This document shows, in pieces, positions 12,881 to 24,232 of a stretch of 64,000 bases of DNA. The stretch's first letter is position 1; the number at the start of each line of letters is the position of its first letter. Below the pieces are notes generated by a model. It made no database searches. It saw only the letters and a program-made list of their open reading frames with translations, and was not told where the DNA came from. The stretch is from Okamejei kenojei. Taxonomy: Eukaryota. The DNA lies in the NCBI GenBank assembly GCA_035221665.1, contig CM069131.1, forward strand, positions 16,492,001 to 16,556,000. Reading direction: 5' to 3'. Position numbers and translations under genes: made by a program.

Positions 12881-13306
12881 CAGGCATGGAAATCGCTATC
12901 AAAACATGCGGGGGACACAATTACTTGGTGGCCGCGCGCGCATGCGCACACACGCGAGGCTTCGGCCATGGGCCCTGTGGACGGTAACATCGGGAGCTGA
13001 CCTGGTTGGTGGCTGACTCCAGCAACAGAAGCTTCGTCCACCCCGAATCGTGGGGTTTGAATACGGGGTCTTTCATCGGCCGGCGGGGGCTTCAACATCG
13101 GGAGCCTCGATGCAGCAGTTTGATTTTAAGCTGCGCCGGGCGCTGAAAGGCCCCGCGAACGGGCCGATTCAGCCCTTAGACTGATAAAGTCCAGATTACA
13201 AAACATTGGGGGGGGGGGGGGGGGGGGGGGGGGTCGTCTCCCACCTCTCCCCCCCCCCCCCCCGTCCCCCCGTCCCCCAGTCCCCCCCCAGGATTTCCGT
13301 CCCCTG
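12881..13306. mobile_element. Non-autonomous hAT element (426 bp)
   Basis: Imperfect TIRs CAGGCATGGAAATC and GATTTCCGTCCCCTG. 8-bp TSD CCTGCAGC at 12873-12880 and 13307-13314. G/C-run subterminal region. Confidence 0.85.
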
Positions 13307-13882
13307 CCTGCAGCTTTTTTCATAGCACCACAATGTTTATTACTGTCGCCTGATGGTCATGGGGAGTATGCCTTTAAGGACTGATTCCTTCTCAGGTGGG
13401 ACTCGTGCAGCTGGGACATGTTGGCCGATGTGGGCAAGTTGGGCCAAGGGCCTGTATCCGCGCGGGATCACTCTATGACTCTATGACACTGAAAGCTGCC
13501 GAGCAGGGTGTTGGCTGCTGTGCCAAATTCAGCCTGGTTCTATTGGGAATTGTTCAGCTTGTGGGGGTGACCAGATTGCTGCTGGCTCTAAATTAAATAT
13601 TTAAGTGCTCAAAAAAAAAGGTACAATCTAACTTTCAGGCTTTTGAGACAGCTTCTTAAGTTGATAACATTTAACATGAGAAAGTGTCCCTGTCCACCAT
13701 TGACATTCAAACAAATTACTGGCGTGGAGTCTTTAGACTTTACTTTAGAGGCACAGCTTGGAAACATGCCCTTTGGTTCTCCGTGTCCACGCTGACCAGC
13801 GATCACCCCATACGCCAGCACTATCCTAGACACCAAGGACAATTTACAATTTGATCAAAGCCAATTAATCTACAAATCTGTA

Positions 13883-14197
13883 TGGAGAGATTTCTCGCAG
13901 CCTTAACCAGCTGAGTGATCGGTAAGAGAAAACATTGTTAATGATTCATACACAGTCACTGATCATTATTTCCATTTTTCATTGGAAAGATGATGGAGAC
14001 TTCTATCCTTTGCAACAAGTGATATTGTAAAATCAGTGGGTGGAGTTCCAGGAAAGAGTTTTATAACTCATTCCGCCACCAGATCCAAACATTATTACAT
14101 CCCTATAACACAAAGAGAAATGGAGATTTGGAATCTGACATTTCCCAATTAGATACACAGTTTATTACATTATATCTATTATTAATTTTACTGATTA
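13883..14197. repeat. Left arm of a ~310-bp inverted repeat (partner at 21112-21418)
   Basis: The reverse complement aligns across its length with 21112-21418, e.g. tttcccaattagatacacagttta vs taaactgtgtatctaattgggaaa, and ttaaccagctgagtgatcg vs cgatcactcagctggttaa. Confidence 0.85.
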
Positions 14198-14411
14198 TGT
14201 TTAGTTTAGAGATAGAGTGCGAAATAGGCCCATTGGCCTACCGAGTCTGTGCGGACCAGCGAAACTCTAGCACTATCCTGCACAGTAGAGGCAATTTTAC
14301 AATTTAAAACTAAACAAATGCTTTGCAGATGGATTACCCACGTGTTACTGCAATATTGGACTATTTCTGTGCTAAACAACAAAAGCAGCATGATGCTAAA
14401 CAACAAAAGCA

Positions 14412-14650
14412 ACAGGGTGGTGAATCTATGGAATTCAGTGCCACAGGCGGCTGTGGAGGCCAAGTCGATGGATATTTTTAAAGCGGAGATTGACAGATTC
14501 TAGATTAGTAAGGGTGCCAGGGGTTATGGGGCGAAGGCAGGAGAATGAGTTTGAGAGGGAAAGATAGCTCAGCCATGATTGAATGGCAGTTGACTTGATG
14601 GGCCAAATAGCCTAATTCTGCTCCTAGAACTTATGAATTTATGAACTTAT
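14412..14650 (+). mobile_element. CR1 LINE 3' end
   Basis: Contains RVVNLWNSVPQAAVEA, the 3' UTR and a (gaacttat)n tail. Confidence 0.8.
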
Positions 14651-14801
14651 GTTCAACAATAGACAAGAAAATAGAATTCACAACCAACAAATCAGATCTA
14701 AGCTCTACAAACCTACCTGACATGAATGATCATAGACAATTAACCAGCTGAAAGGAGAAAGAGGCCGTGATATGATGCCTGACACAGAATGTGACTTCTA
14801 A

Positions 14802-15046
14802 AGGGCCTGTCCCACTTGGTGATTTTTTCAGCTACTGCCGGCGTCATATCAGTGTCGCCAAAAGATTTTGAACATTTCAAAATCCAGCGGCGACAAAAAA
14901 AACGTTGCGACACTTGAAACACCGTGCGTCAATATGTCATCACGCCACGTCACCACCGCATCACGCCCCAAATTTTTCGGTGACCTGATACGTCAGTTAA
15001 TGATGCCAGCAGTCAAAAAAAAAAATCACCAAGTGGGACAGGCCCT
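14802..15046. mobile_element. MITE with AGGGCCTGTCCCAC termini (PIF/Harbinger-like or other TWA/TA-targeting family)
   Basis: ~45-bp imperfect TIRs, flanked by TAA on the left and TTA on the right. Confidence 0.85.
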
Positions 15047-16242
15047 TTAGTATTGGCAGCCTTGTTCTGCCAGAGTGCTGAAATGATGATCCATATTCCA
15101 ACCTCAGAAATGGCTGAGAGCAGTGGGTACTGCAAGAGACATGGGACCAGAACACACCCCAGCTTTACTGCACTCCAAAACTACAGTTAGGGAGCAGTTA
15201 GGGATGCTGCAAATGCTAGCTTTCCATTGACACGCACATCCCATTATTAATTAAATCAAAATAAGTAGGGCTATTACAAAATTAAACTTACAATATTCTT
15301 AATTGTTGTTGCAGAGGTACAGTATTTCCCAACCATTCAAGTATTAGCATCTTATTTGCCGGTCTTCTTCTGGAAGATCCTAATTCTGTCAGAATAGGTT
15401 TTTTTAAAGATAACAGTTGCTGACAAATGCATTACCTTATTACCAGGTTACCAGGGTCTGAAGATGGATCTTAACCTGAAACTTCACCCATTCTCTCTAT
15501 CCAGATATGCTGCCTGTCCTGCTGAATTCCTCCAGCATTTTGTGTCTATCTACCAGATTATATCATGGTTCATTGATTCTTTACCAATAGATTCCATTGC
15601 TTGAAATCTATGTAATAGTATGTTGATCTATTAAGAGCTGGTTCTGATACACCTCCAGCACTAACCAATATCTCAATTATTGGAATTCTATCAAGATGGT
15701 TCAGACTAATTTCTTAGTGGTGTACTGGTATTATTTCATCAATCTTCTAATCGTTTCGAAACGCAAACAAAGTACACAGTGTGGTGTGGTACTCCGCAGG
15801 TCAGGCAGCATCTGCGGGGAGGGGATGGATTGATGACATTTTGGGTCAGGACGCTCCTCCAGGCTGATTGTGGTAGACTAGGGGTGGGGCGGGGAGAGGA
15901 TGGGGCAGGACAGAGCCTGGCAAGTGATAGGTGGATACAGATGAGGGCAAGTAGATTGGCAGTTGTGTGGGGTAAGTGACAAAGACTCGGGTTGAAAAAG
16001 GGACAAAAGGGTTTCAGATACGGAAAGAAGAAGAGAAGAGGAGTGAAATGTGAAGCTAGACAGAGGAATATAGGTGGAAAGGGACAGGGTGGGAGAGGGG
16101 GGTAGGAGGGAAAGAGAAGTGATATAGTGGGAGAAATGGATGTGCACAAGTTCACAAGTTATAGGAGTAGAATTAGTCCACTCCGCCATTCAATCATGAC
16201 TGATCTCTGCCTCTTAATCCCATTTTCCTGTCTTCTCCCCAT

Positions 16243-17103
16243 AAAGTAAAGTAAAGTAAAGTATCCTTTATTGTCATTCAGACCTTTCGGTCTGAACAAA
16301 ATTTTGTTACCTTGCAGTCATACATATAATAAAAAACAAAACGCACAATAAACACATATTTAACATCCACCACAGTGAGTTCATCAGGCACCTCCTCACT
16401 GTGGTGGAAGGCAAAAGACTTAAAGTCTTTGTCTTCTTCCCTCCTTGATCTCCCTCTATGCTGAGGCGATCCAGGCCTCCGATGTTATCGTCCACTAGGC
16501 CCGCGGCCGAGCCTCCGAAGCCGTGCTGCCACCATCGCCGTCGCCGGAATGTTGGAACACCGCCACAGCTCTGAAGCAGGGTTCACCGTTGGAACGTTGG
16601 AGCACCACAGCTCTGAAGCCGTGTCGCCGCTGGAACACCGCTGGAGCACCACAGCTCTGAAGCCGGGTCGCCACTGGAACGCCGCTGGAGCACCGCAGCT
16701 CTGAAGCCGGGCCGCCGCTGGAGCACCGCAGCTCTGAAGCCGGGCCGCCGCTGGAGCACCGCAGCTCTGAAGCCGGGCCGCCGCTGGAGCACCGCAGCTC
16801 TGAAGCCGGGCCGCCGCTGGAGCACCGCAGCTCTGAAGCCGGGCTATAGCTCCGAGGCCGCCAGCTCCGCCATTAGGCCTCAGCACAGACGGAGACTGTG
16901 ACGGGGGACACGACAAGAAAAGTCGCATACCCCCGAAGGGAGAGACTAAAACCCTGTTTCTCCCACCCTCCCTCCCCCCCACACGTACACAGCCTAATAA
17001 ACTAAAATTCTAACTAAAACAAACACAAGAAGACAAAAAGAAAAGAAAAAACAGACGGACTGCAGGTGAGCCGCAGCTGCCAGGCAGCGCCGCCACTTCC
17101 GGA
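16243..17103 (-). mobile_element. Non-autonomous retroelement with (ACTTT)n 3' tail and an internal 33-bp VNTR, nested in a CR1 tail
   Basis: The minus strand starts CCGGAAGTGGCGGCGC and ends AATAAAGGATACTTTACTTTACTTT. It interrupts the CR1 3' UTR sequence ctccccat|aacccttgacaccc. Confidence 0.7.
16552..16845. repeat. 33-bp GC-rich tandem repeat (5 near-perfect and ~3 degenerate units)
   Basis: Unit gccgctggagcaccgcagctctgaagccgggcc starts at 16681, 16714, 16747, 16780 and 16813. Confidence 0.95.
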
Positions 17104-17439
17104 AACCCTTGACACCCGTTCTAATGAAGAATTAGTCTATCTCTGCCTTAAAAAATATCCACTGGCTTGGTCCACTACAGCCATCTGTGGCAATGAGTTC
17201 CACAGATTAACTACCCTCTGACTAAAGAAGTTCTTGTGCACTGGGGAAGGGCACAGAAAAGGGAGATGTGATTGGGGGTATTACTTAAAATCGAAGGATT
17301 CAATGTTGATACTGTTAGGTTGTCAGCTACCCAAGTGGAATATAAGGTTTAGCAGCTCGTATATTTTGTGGTTTCTTAATTTGTTCAAATACTCCTCCTT
17401 GTTTCTGAAAATTATGAAAGACAAAACATTGACTTCAGT

Positions 17440-17885
17440 GTCAATTGTCAAAGAATGGATCGACTGGTCTCATATGAACTGGAATTTAAAAGGATGAGAG
17501 GATATCTGATGGAAACATATAACATTCTTAAGATATTGAACAGGCTAGATGTAAGAAAAATGTGCCCCACATTGGGGGAGTCCAGAACTAAGGGTCACAG
17601 TTTATGAATAAGGGGTAGGCCATTTAGGACTGAGATGAGGAAAAACTTTTTCAGCCAAAGAGTTGTGAATTTGTGGAATTATCTGGCACAGAATGCAGTG
17701 AAGGCCAATTCACTGGATGTATTCAAGAGAGAGATAAATATAGCTCTTAGAGCTAACAGAAGCAAGGGATATGGGGAGAAAGCAGCAATGGGGTACTGAC
17801 TTTGGATGATCAGCCATGATCATATTGAATGGTGGTGCTGGCTCGAAGGGCCGAATGACCTACTCCTGCACGTATTTTCTATGTT
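17440..17885 (+). mobile_element. CR1 LINE 3' fragment
   Basis: Contains ESRTKGHSL and FFSQRVVNLWN, followed by the 3' UTR. Confidence 0.85.
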
Positions 17886-19231
17886 TCATTCAAACCATCT
17901 GTGTGACAATCATGCATTTACTGTTTTTGAAACTTTCATGGAAGCATTCAGTAGTCAAACCAGCTTGTGTGGTGTACTTGCCTCCAAGCAGACCTTTCAT
18001 TCTTATCCAGATTTACCCAAATTAAACTCAATGACTTCCCTGCACATGTTTGTTGTCATTTAACTGTTTGCCATATGATTCACATAACAAGATGTTTTAA
18101 ATTAAGTGTTAGATTTGTTTAAGGTAAAATAATGTAATGAGACATTATCATAACAAATTGTTTACATATTTTAATTACCATGTTTCTTTTTTCCTCGGGG
18201 AAGGTTATTTCAGGATATCACTACATAGAATATTTCCCTGTAAATTATCCCAGCTTGTACTTTCAGCAGATGTATAGTGAGGCCCACAGTAATCATTGAT
18301 TCTTGTAAATATTATAAGTAGTGATTTTAAGATTATTAATGAAAAAACTTTACACTTCATTCAGTGTCTTACCTCCTGCCAGTCTCATGACAACTTCCAC
18401 TATGGTGGGATAGTGTTAACGTCTTGTGAGTGTACGATGCATGAGGTTCCCAGCACCTGAAATGAATATTATTTGACAGAATATTTACATATTCTGATCT
18501 CAGATCTGCTAAAGTAAATTGAATCAGTTATAAAAGGCACATGTCATATTATCAAGGGACGCTTCAGCACCCTGCAGCCCATTTGGAAAGAAGTTTTATG
18601 CAGCCATCTGTTATCATTAATGCATGCACATCTGTAACCAATAGAAACTTCCCTTTGAAGTTCAAATGATAGCATCAATTGAGTACACTATGGAACCTTT
18701 TAAAGGAAGTGTTCGGTCGATTGAACTTAGAGTTCGATGAAGATAGCCTGCAGTAACAGAGAGAAATCTAGTTCCTAGTTCAGTCAAAAGTTGAACTGTG
18801 AGACTATTGATAGGCAGGTGTATCTGTTTTATAATGTAACTTCATCCATATGAGGATGGTATAATTATACCTTTATTGAGATGTTTGATATATACCTCAT
18901 ACATGTGGTCTTGAGGGGTTCTGTTTAATATCTAGTGATCATTGCTGCATCATAATTATTTTATTTGTTCTGGCATCAGTTACCCACCATTGCTGTACAT
19001 TTTCTCCATCATTGTGCTCATTGTGCTGACGTTTTTAGATCACTTACACAATTCCATGATGTAGGACGATACTATTACCTGACCACCGTTAGTTTTCGCT
19101 ATATAATGGAAATCCAGAGGATCTGTGGGTATGCATTCTAGTAACCAAAAGGAAGTTGCTCTCCAGATAGTGGGTGCAATGGTTGTATACCAAAAAAATT
19201 TAGGCGTTGACGAAAACTGCCAATGTGTCAA

Positions 19232-19450
19232 ATATAGAGACAAGACGCAGGAGTAACTCAACAGGACAGGCAGCATCTCTGGGGAGAAGGAATAGCTGAC
19301 GTTTCAGGTCGATACCCTTCTTCAGAAAAAGGGTCTCGACACAAAACGTCACCCATTGCTCTCTCCAGAGATGCTGCCGGTCCCGCTGAGTTACTCCAGC
19401 ATTTTGTGACTATCTTCGGTTTAAACCAGCATCTGCAGTTCCGTCCCACA
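19232..19450. repeat. Palindromic Penelope-LTR-derived repeat with hammerhead-like cores on both strands
   Basis: Arms ggagtaactcaacaggacaggcagcatctctgg and ccagagatgctgccggtcccgctgagttactcc are centred on cttcttcag-aaaaagggtctcgac. Confidence 0.8.
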
Positions 19451-20812
19451 CAATGAATCAAATATAGTATAATGTGGAGAATATGAAGTTGTCCACTGTG
19501 GAATGAAGCATGATGACATTTATTGTCATTTAAATGGAGAAAGACTATAGAAAGCTGACGTAGTAATGGATTTCGGTTCCTCACACGTGACACATGGAAG
19601 TGGCATACATGTGCAGCAATTGTGAAAAGGGCAAAGAGATTGCTGGCTTTAATTTTGAGGGCGGGGGGGAAGGGGGGCAAAATATAAAAGCGGGGATGAC
19701 TTACAACACTGTGCAAGGCAGCAGTGAGGCACTTATCTGAGACATCAAGAGGACTGTGAATAATCCTGGTCCTCTTTTTAAGGAAATAATTATTACAATA
19801 GACCATAGCCAATAGACAATAGGTCCCTTCGAACTAGCACCTCCATTCAATGTGATCATGGCTGATCATCCACAATCAGTACCCCAATCCTGCCTTCTCC
19901 CCATATCCCCTGACTCCGCTATCTTTACCATTGGAGGCTGTTGAGCGAAGGTTCATTGGGTTTACCCTGGGCATGGAGGGATTGAATTACGAGGGAAAGT
20001 TGAGGAGGTTAGGTCTGTAGTAAGTAATTTTCAGAACCGTGAGAAACAATCTTCTTGAGAAATATTGCATCCTTAGGAAGCTTGCCAGAGTAAGTGCTGG
20101 GAAGATGCTTCTGCTTAGGTCCAGCGAATAAAGACTATGAGTATGAGAGTGTCCATTTCAAACTGAGAAAAGGAAACATTACTTCTCTCAAAGAATTATG
20201 CATTTTTACAATTCCTTGCCTCAAAAGGCCATGGAGGCCGTACCATTTTATGTATTCAGAGCTGAGAGAGGTGGAGGAATTAAGAGTTACTGACTAAGGA
20301 CGTGAAAGCAGATGAGGAAAACCAGCTCTGATCTCTGTGGGTCAGGAGGCAGCATCTGTGGAGAGAAGTGGACCTTCTCCAGAAATCATCACCAATCATT
20401 CACCTCACAACCACTTCAACTATCCCCCAAATCCCTCTCAGTCCCAGCGCTCTGTCCCTCTGCACTCAAATCAGGAAGATTAAATCCTATAATCCCTCAC
20501 ATTTAAACAACTTCCATGAAATGCTCTTTGAACAGTCCATTTCCTTCCACAAATGCCGACTGATCCGCTGAGTTCCTCCAGCACTTTGTTCTTTTGCTCA
20601 AGACCAGCATCAATAGTCTCTGTGTCTCCATCAGCCATAACCTGTTGGAGCAAACTCAAAGTGGTGAATGGCTTCCCCCGTCTTTATTTCTTATAATCTC
20701 AAAATGACACTGATCCAGCCCCAACATCATGTTCTCGTCCAACCCAACTTCTTATTCATGGCACATCCATGCCAAAAGCAAATTTGGTAAAAATACTTTG
20801 ACAAAATGTTGA

Positions 20813-21097
20813 GCGCGGCTCAGCGGTGCAGCGGTAGAGTTGCTGCCTTACAGCGCCGGAGACCCAGGTTCGAACCTGACTACGGGCGCTGTCTGTACGG
20901 AGTTTGTACATTCTCCCTGTGACCGCATGGTTTTTCTCTGGGTGCTCCAGTTTCCTCCCACAATCCAAAGATAGGTTTGTAAATTAACTGGCTTTGGTAA
21001 AATTGTAGTGCGTAGGATAGTGCTAGTATACGGGGTGATCGCTGGTCATCGCGGCTTCGGTGGGCCGAAACGCCCGTTTCCACACTGTATCTCTAAA
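20813..21097 (+). mobile_element. V-SINE/HE1-like SINE, near full length
   Basis: tRNA-like head (ggttcgaacc B box), V-domain core and tail ctgtatctctaaa. Confidence 0.88.
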
Positions 21098-21111
21098 GCA
21101 AACCACAGACT

Positions 21112-21418
21112 TAATCAGTAATAATACATATAATGTAGTAAACTGTGTATCTAATTGGGAAATCTCAGATGCAAATCTCAATTTCTGTTTATGTTATAAG
21201 GATGTAATAATATTTGTACCTGGTAATTATGAAGCCCTTTCCAGGAACTCCATTCACTGACTTTCCAATATCATTTGTAGCAAAGGGTAAAAGTCTCCAC
21301 CACGTTTCAGATGAAAAGTGGAAATAGTCAGTGATTGTGTATCGATCATTAACTACCATTACAATGTTTTCCCCTATCGATCACTCAGCTGGTTAAGACT
21401 GTGAGAAATGTCTCTGCA
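21112..21418. repeat. Right arm of the ~310-bp inverted repeat (partner at 13883-14197)
   Basis: Reverse-complement similarity to 13883-14197 across the whole arm. Confidence 0.85.
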
Positions 21419-21842
21419 CAGGTACCTGTGGAATCTATGGTAGCGACCTCGAGCATCTGTGTGGAAAGCAGTGTGTTCCCTTGGAGTGTCTGCCACTGAG
21501 ACATGCAATGGATAAGTCTGGGGAATTGCAATATGGACCTGGATCCTCCAGTGTGCTGCTCATGCAGCTGGTCAACTTCTCCAGCTGTGTTGCCAACCGC
21601 ACACAAACTGCCCCAAGCCATTTACAATGCCCACAGCAACACCTGATGCTCAGAAACTATTGTCTTTTTAATGAATAACACTGAGTAACAAATTCTTAGC
21701 TTCTTCCTCCACAGATGATAATGCCTTCCTCCTTGTGTGCCATCAACAGTTGCTGACGCGTAATCATCTACTTGGTATCTTCCAGTCTGCTCCCGAAATG
21801 TATATCTCTCAGTTCATACATGCCAGGCATGGAAGGGATGTA

Positions 21843-22050
21843 AAACACAAAGTGCAGGAGTAACTCAGTGGGTCAGGCAGCATCTGCGGAGGGAATAGAC
21901 AGGAAACATTTCGGGTCAGGAGCTTTCTTTAGATCCTACCCGAAACCTTGCCTGTCTGTTCCCTCCACAGATCTTGCCTGACCCACGGAGTTACTTCAGC
22001 ACATTGTGTTTCACTCAAGAATCCAGCATCTGCAGTTCATTGTGTCTCAT
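21843..22050. repeat. Degenerate palindromic Penelope-LTR-derived repeat
   Basis: Arm agtaactcagtgggtcaggcagcatctgcggaggga mirrors tccctccacagatcttgcctgacccacggagttact. Confidence 0.75.
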
Positions 22051-22950
22051 GGAAGGAGTGCAGATGTGCTGGTTAATAAGGACTTCATCTTCCAGAATTG
22101 AGAGCAGAGGGACTGGTTGCTGAGACTGAGAGGAAAATGAGTGATGGAAGTGTGGGGTGGAGAGTGATCAGTGATGATTTTTTAAAATGACTTCCTGAGG
22201 AGATCGTATCTCTGTTTCATTAATAATATCATCAATATACCATAGGAGGTGCCCCCCCTCCCCCCTTCTTAGTTTATGTAGATTGGTTTATGCATGAAAG
22301 GCATGAATTATAGATTAGTTTAGTTTAGCCCATCAAGTCTGCGCCAACCAGTGATCACCCGTACGCTAGTTCTGTCCTACACACTAGGGATAATTTACAG
22401 AAGTCAATTAATCTACAAACCTGTATTTCTTTGGAATGTGGGAGGAAACTCCATTCAGACAGCACCCGTAGTCAGGATCGAACCCGGGTCTCTGCTTCTG
22501 GAAGGCAGCAACTCCACAGCTGTGCCACAGTGCCACCACACCACACATTAAGTGAATATCTGGGAAAGTCCTGTATTTGGGCTTAACCTACATAGCTGTG
22601 CCTCTCCAAGGTATTGAGGAATGCCTTCTGTGGACATGGCCAGTGTAGATTGCTGTATTGCTTTTGATACCATGCAACACCCTCTGTAGAGTGGTGTCTA
22701 GAGCCAATTTGGCAGCTATCTGATGATCCACTGGAGCACAAGTAGTGGTAAGCCGACGTGAGTGACTTAATGCATGCTGCGATGTCAGCTAGTAAAGAGT
22801 GTACCATGGCTGTTTCTATAGGTGTGCTGATCTACAGGGCTGCCCCATTCTCCTCCATCCTCCTTGCTGTTAAGTTCATTCTTTCTAACAAGATCCCAAA
22901 TGCCTCTTTATGTAACCTGGCCTGTGAACGTCCTCATTTGAATTTTTTGA

Positions 22951-23073
22951 AGAAGGAACTGCAGATGCTGGAGAATCGAAGGTACACAAAAAGCTGGAGA
23001 AACTCAGCGGGTGCAGCAGCATCTAAGGAGCGAAGGAGATAGGCGACGTTTCGGGTCGAGACCCTTCTTCAGA
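22951..23073 (-). mobile_element. Solo hammerhead-bearing Penelope-LTR unit with a long TSD
   Basis: The minus strand starts gtCTGAAGAagggtctcgacccGAAAcGTC. It is flanked by the direct repeat acgtcctcatttgaat at 22928-22943 and 23073-23088. Confidence 0.8.
23041..23073 (-). ncRNA. Minimal hammerhead ribozyme motif (intact core)
   Basis: CUGAAGA, extra A, stem II GGGUC-UC-GACCC, GAAA, CGUC cleavage triplet. Confidence 0.65.
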
Positions 23074-23884
23074 CGTCCTCATTTGAATCTTTGAGGCAGA
23101 ATCTATGCATCCTCTGAAATTGATTCTTGAACTGTTTTCAGGGGAAGGTTCAGGCGAGGGGAAGAACATTAAGTAGAAAGGGCCATGCAAGGATGAAAAT
23201 GCCATGTGAAATGGATGATAACTAAAGTGAAAGGAATTGAGAGGTGATCTCCAATTTGGAGTGCATCCCTACCAATAGAATCAGAGTATAAAAAGATAGG
23301 AAAAATCTGAAATCAAAGGCTCTTTGTTTATATACACAGAATTCAACTGCTGTCCCTTGTGTCTACAAACAGTATGAAACAGTATGATCTGAGAAAGGGA
23401 CTTGGTTACAAGGTGATGAGGCTTGGACCTGAAAATTGCAGAGTACTTAATATTTTTAAAAAAAACACTCAGCTGGAGGAACTCAGCTGGCCAGTGCTGA
23501 GGAAGGATCTCGACCCGAAATATCGACTATTCATCTCCCTCCCCAGATGCTGCCTGATCCGCTGTGTTTCTGGAGCAGATTGTTTTTTTGTTGCTCAAGG
23601 TTCCAGCATCTGCAGCCTCTTGTCCCTTACCTAACATTTCAGGATAGGTAGAAAGCAAAACAAAAGTCAGGTAGCTCCATTATTGAAGGATGAGGTTGGT
23701 ATAGTATAAATGATCTAGAGGATGAAATGTAGAATCAGTTTAAGTGGAGGTAAATATAAATGAAAATAAATCACTTGTGGAAGTGGTCTGCATGTCCCAT
23801 TAATATAGTTACTGAATAGGACAGAGTATAAATCAATAAATAGCATGAACGTGGGTGGAATTTTACTGTAATTGCCATATAGTG

Positions 23885-24232
23885 TATAAAATCATGAGAG
23901 GAATAGATCGGGTAGATGCACAGTCTCTTGCCCAAAGTAGGTGAATCGAGGATCAGAGGGCATAGGCATAAAGTGAAGGAGAAACAATTTAATAGGAGTC
24001 TGAGGGGTAACTTGTTGACACAAAGGGTGGTGGGTATCTGGAACAAGCTGCCAGAGGAGGTAGTTGAGGCAGGGACTATTCCAACGTTTAAGAAAGTGGA
24101 GGGATAGGACAGGTTTGGAGGGATATGGACCAAACGTGTGCAGGTGGGACTAGTGTAGCTGGGACATGTTGGCCGGTGTTGGCAAGTTGGGACAAAGGGC
24201 CTGTTTCCATGCTGTATCATTCTATGACTCTC
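23885..24232 (+). mobile_element. CR1 LINE 3' fragment
   Basis: Contains ESRIRGHRHKVKEKQF...TQRVVGIWNKLPEEVVEAG and the tail. Confidence 0.85.

Noticed and set aside
16552-16845. 33-bp repeats as a CRISPR array or a repeat-protein gene
   Set aside because: The units are contiguous with no unique spacers, the context is eukaryotic, and the ORFs arise only because the unit length is a multiple of three.
18563-18582. REST/NRSE site (ttcagcaccctgcagccc)
   Set aside because: Only the left half matches; the GGACAG half is absent.
20813-20890. tRNA genes at SINE heads
   Set aside because: A/B boxes are present but run straight into the SINE core and LINE-like tail, with no intact cloverleaf.
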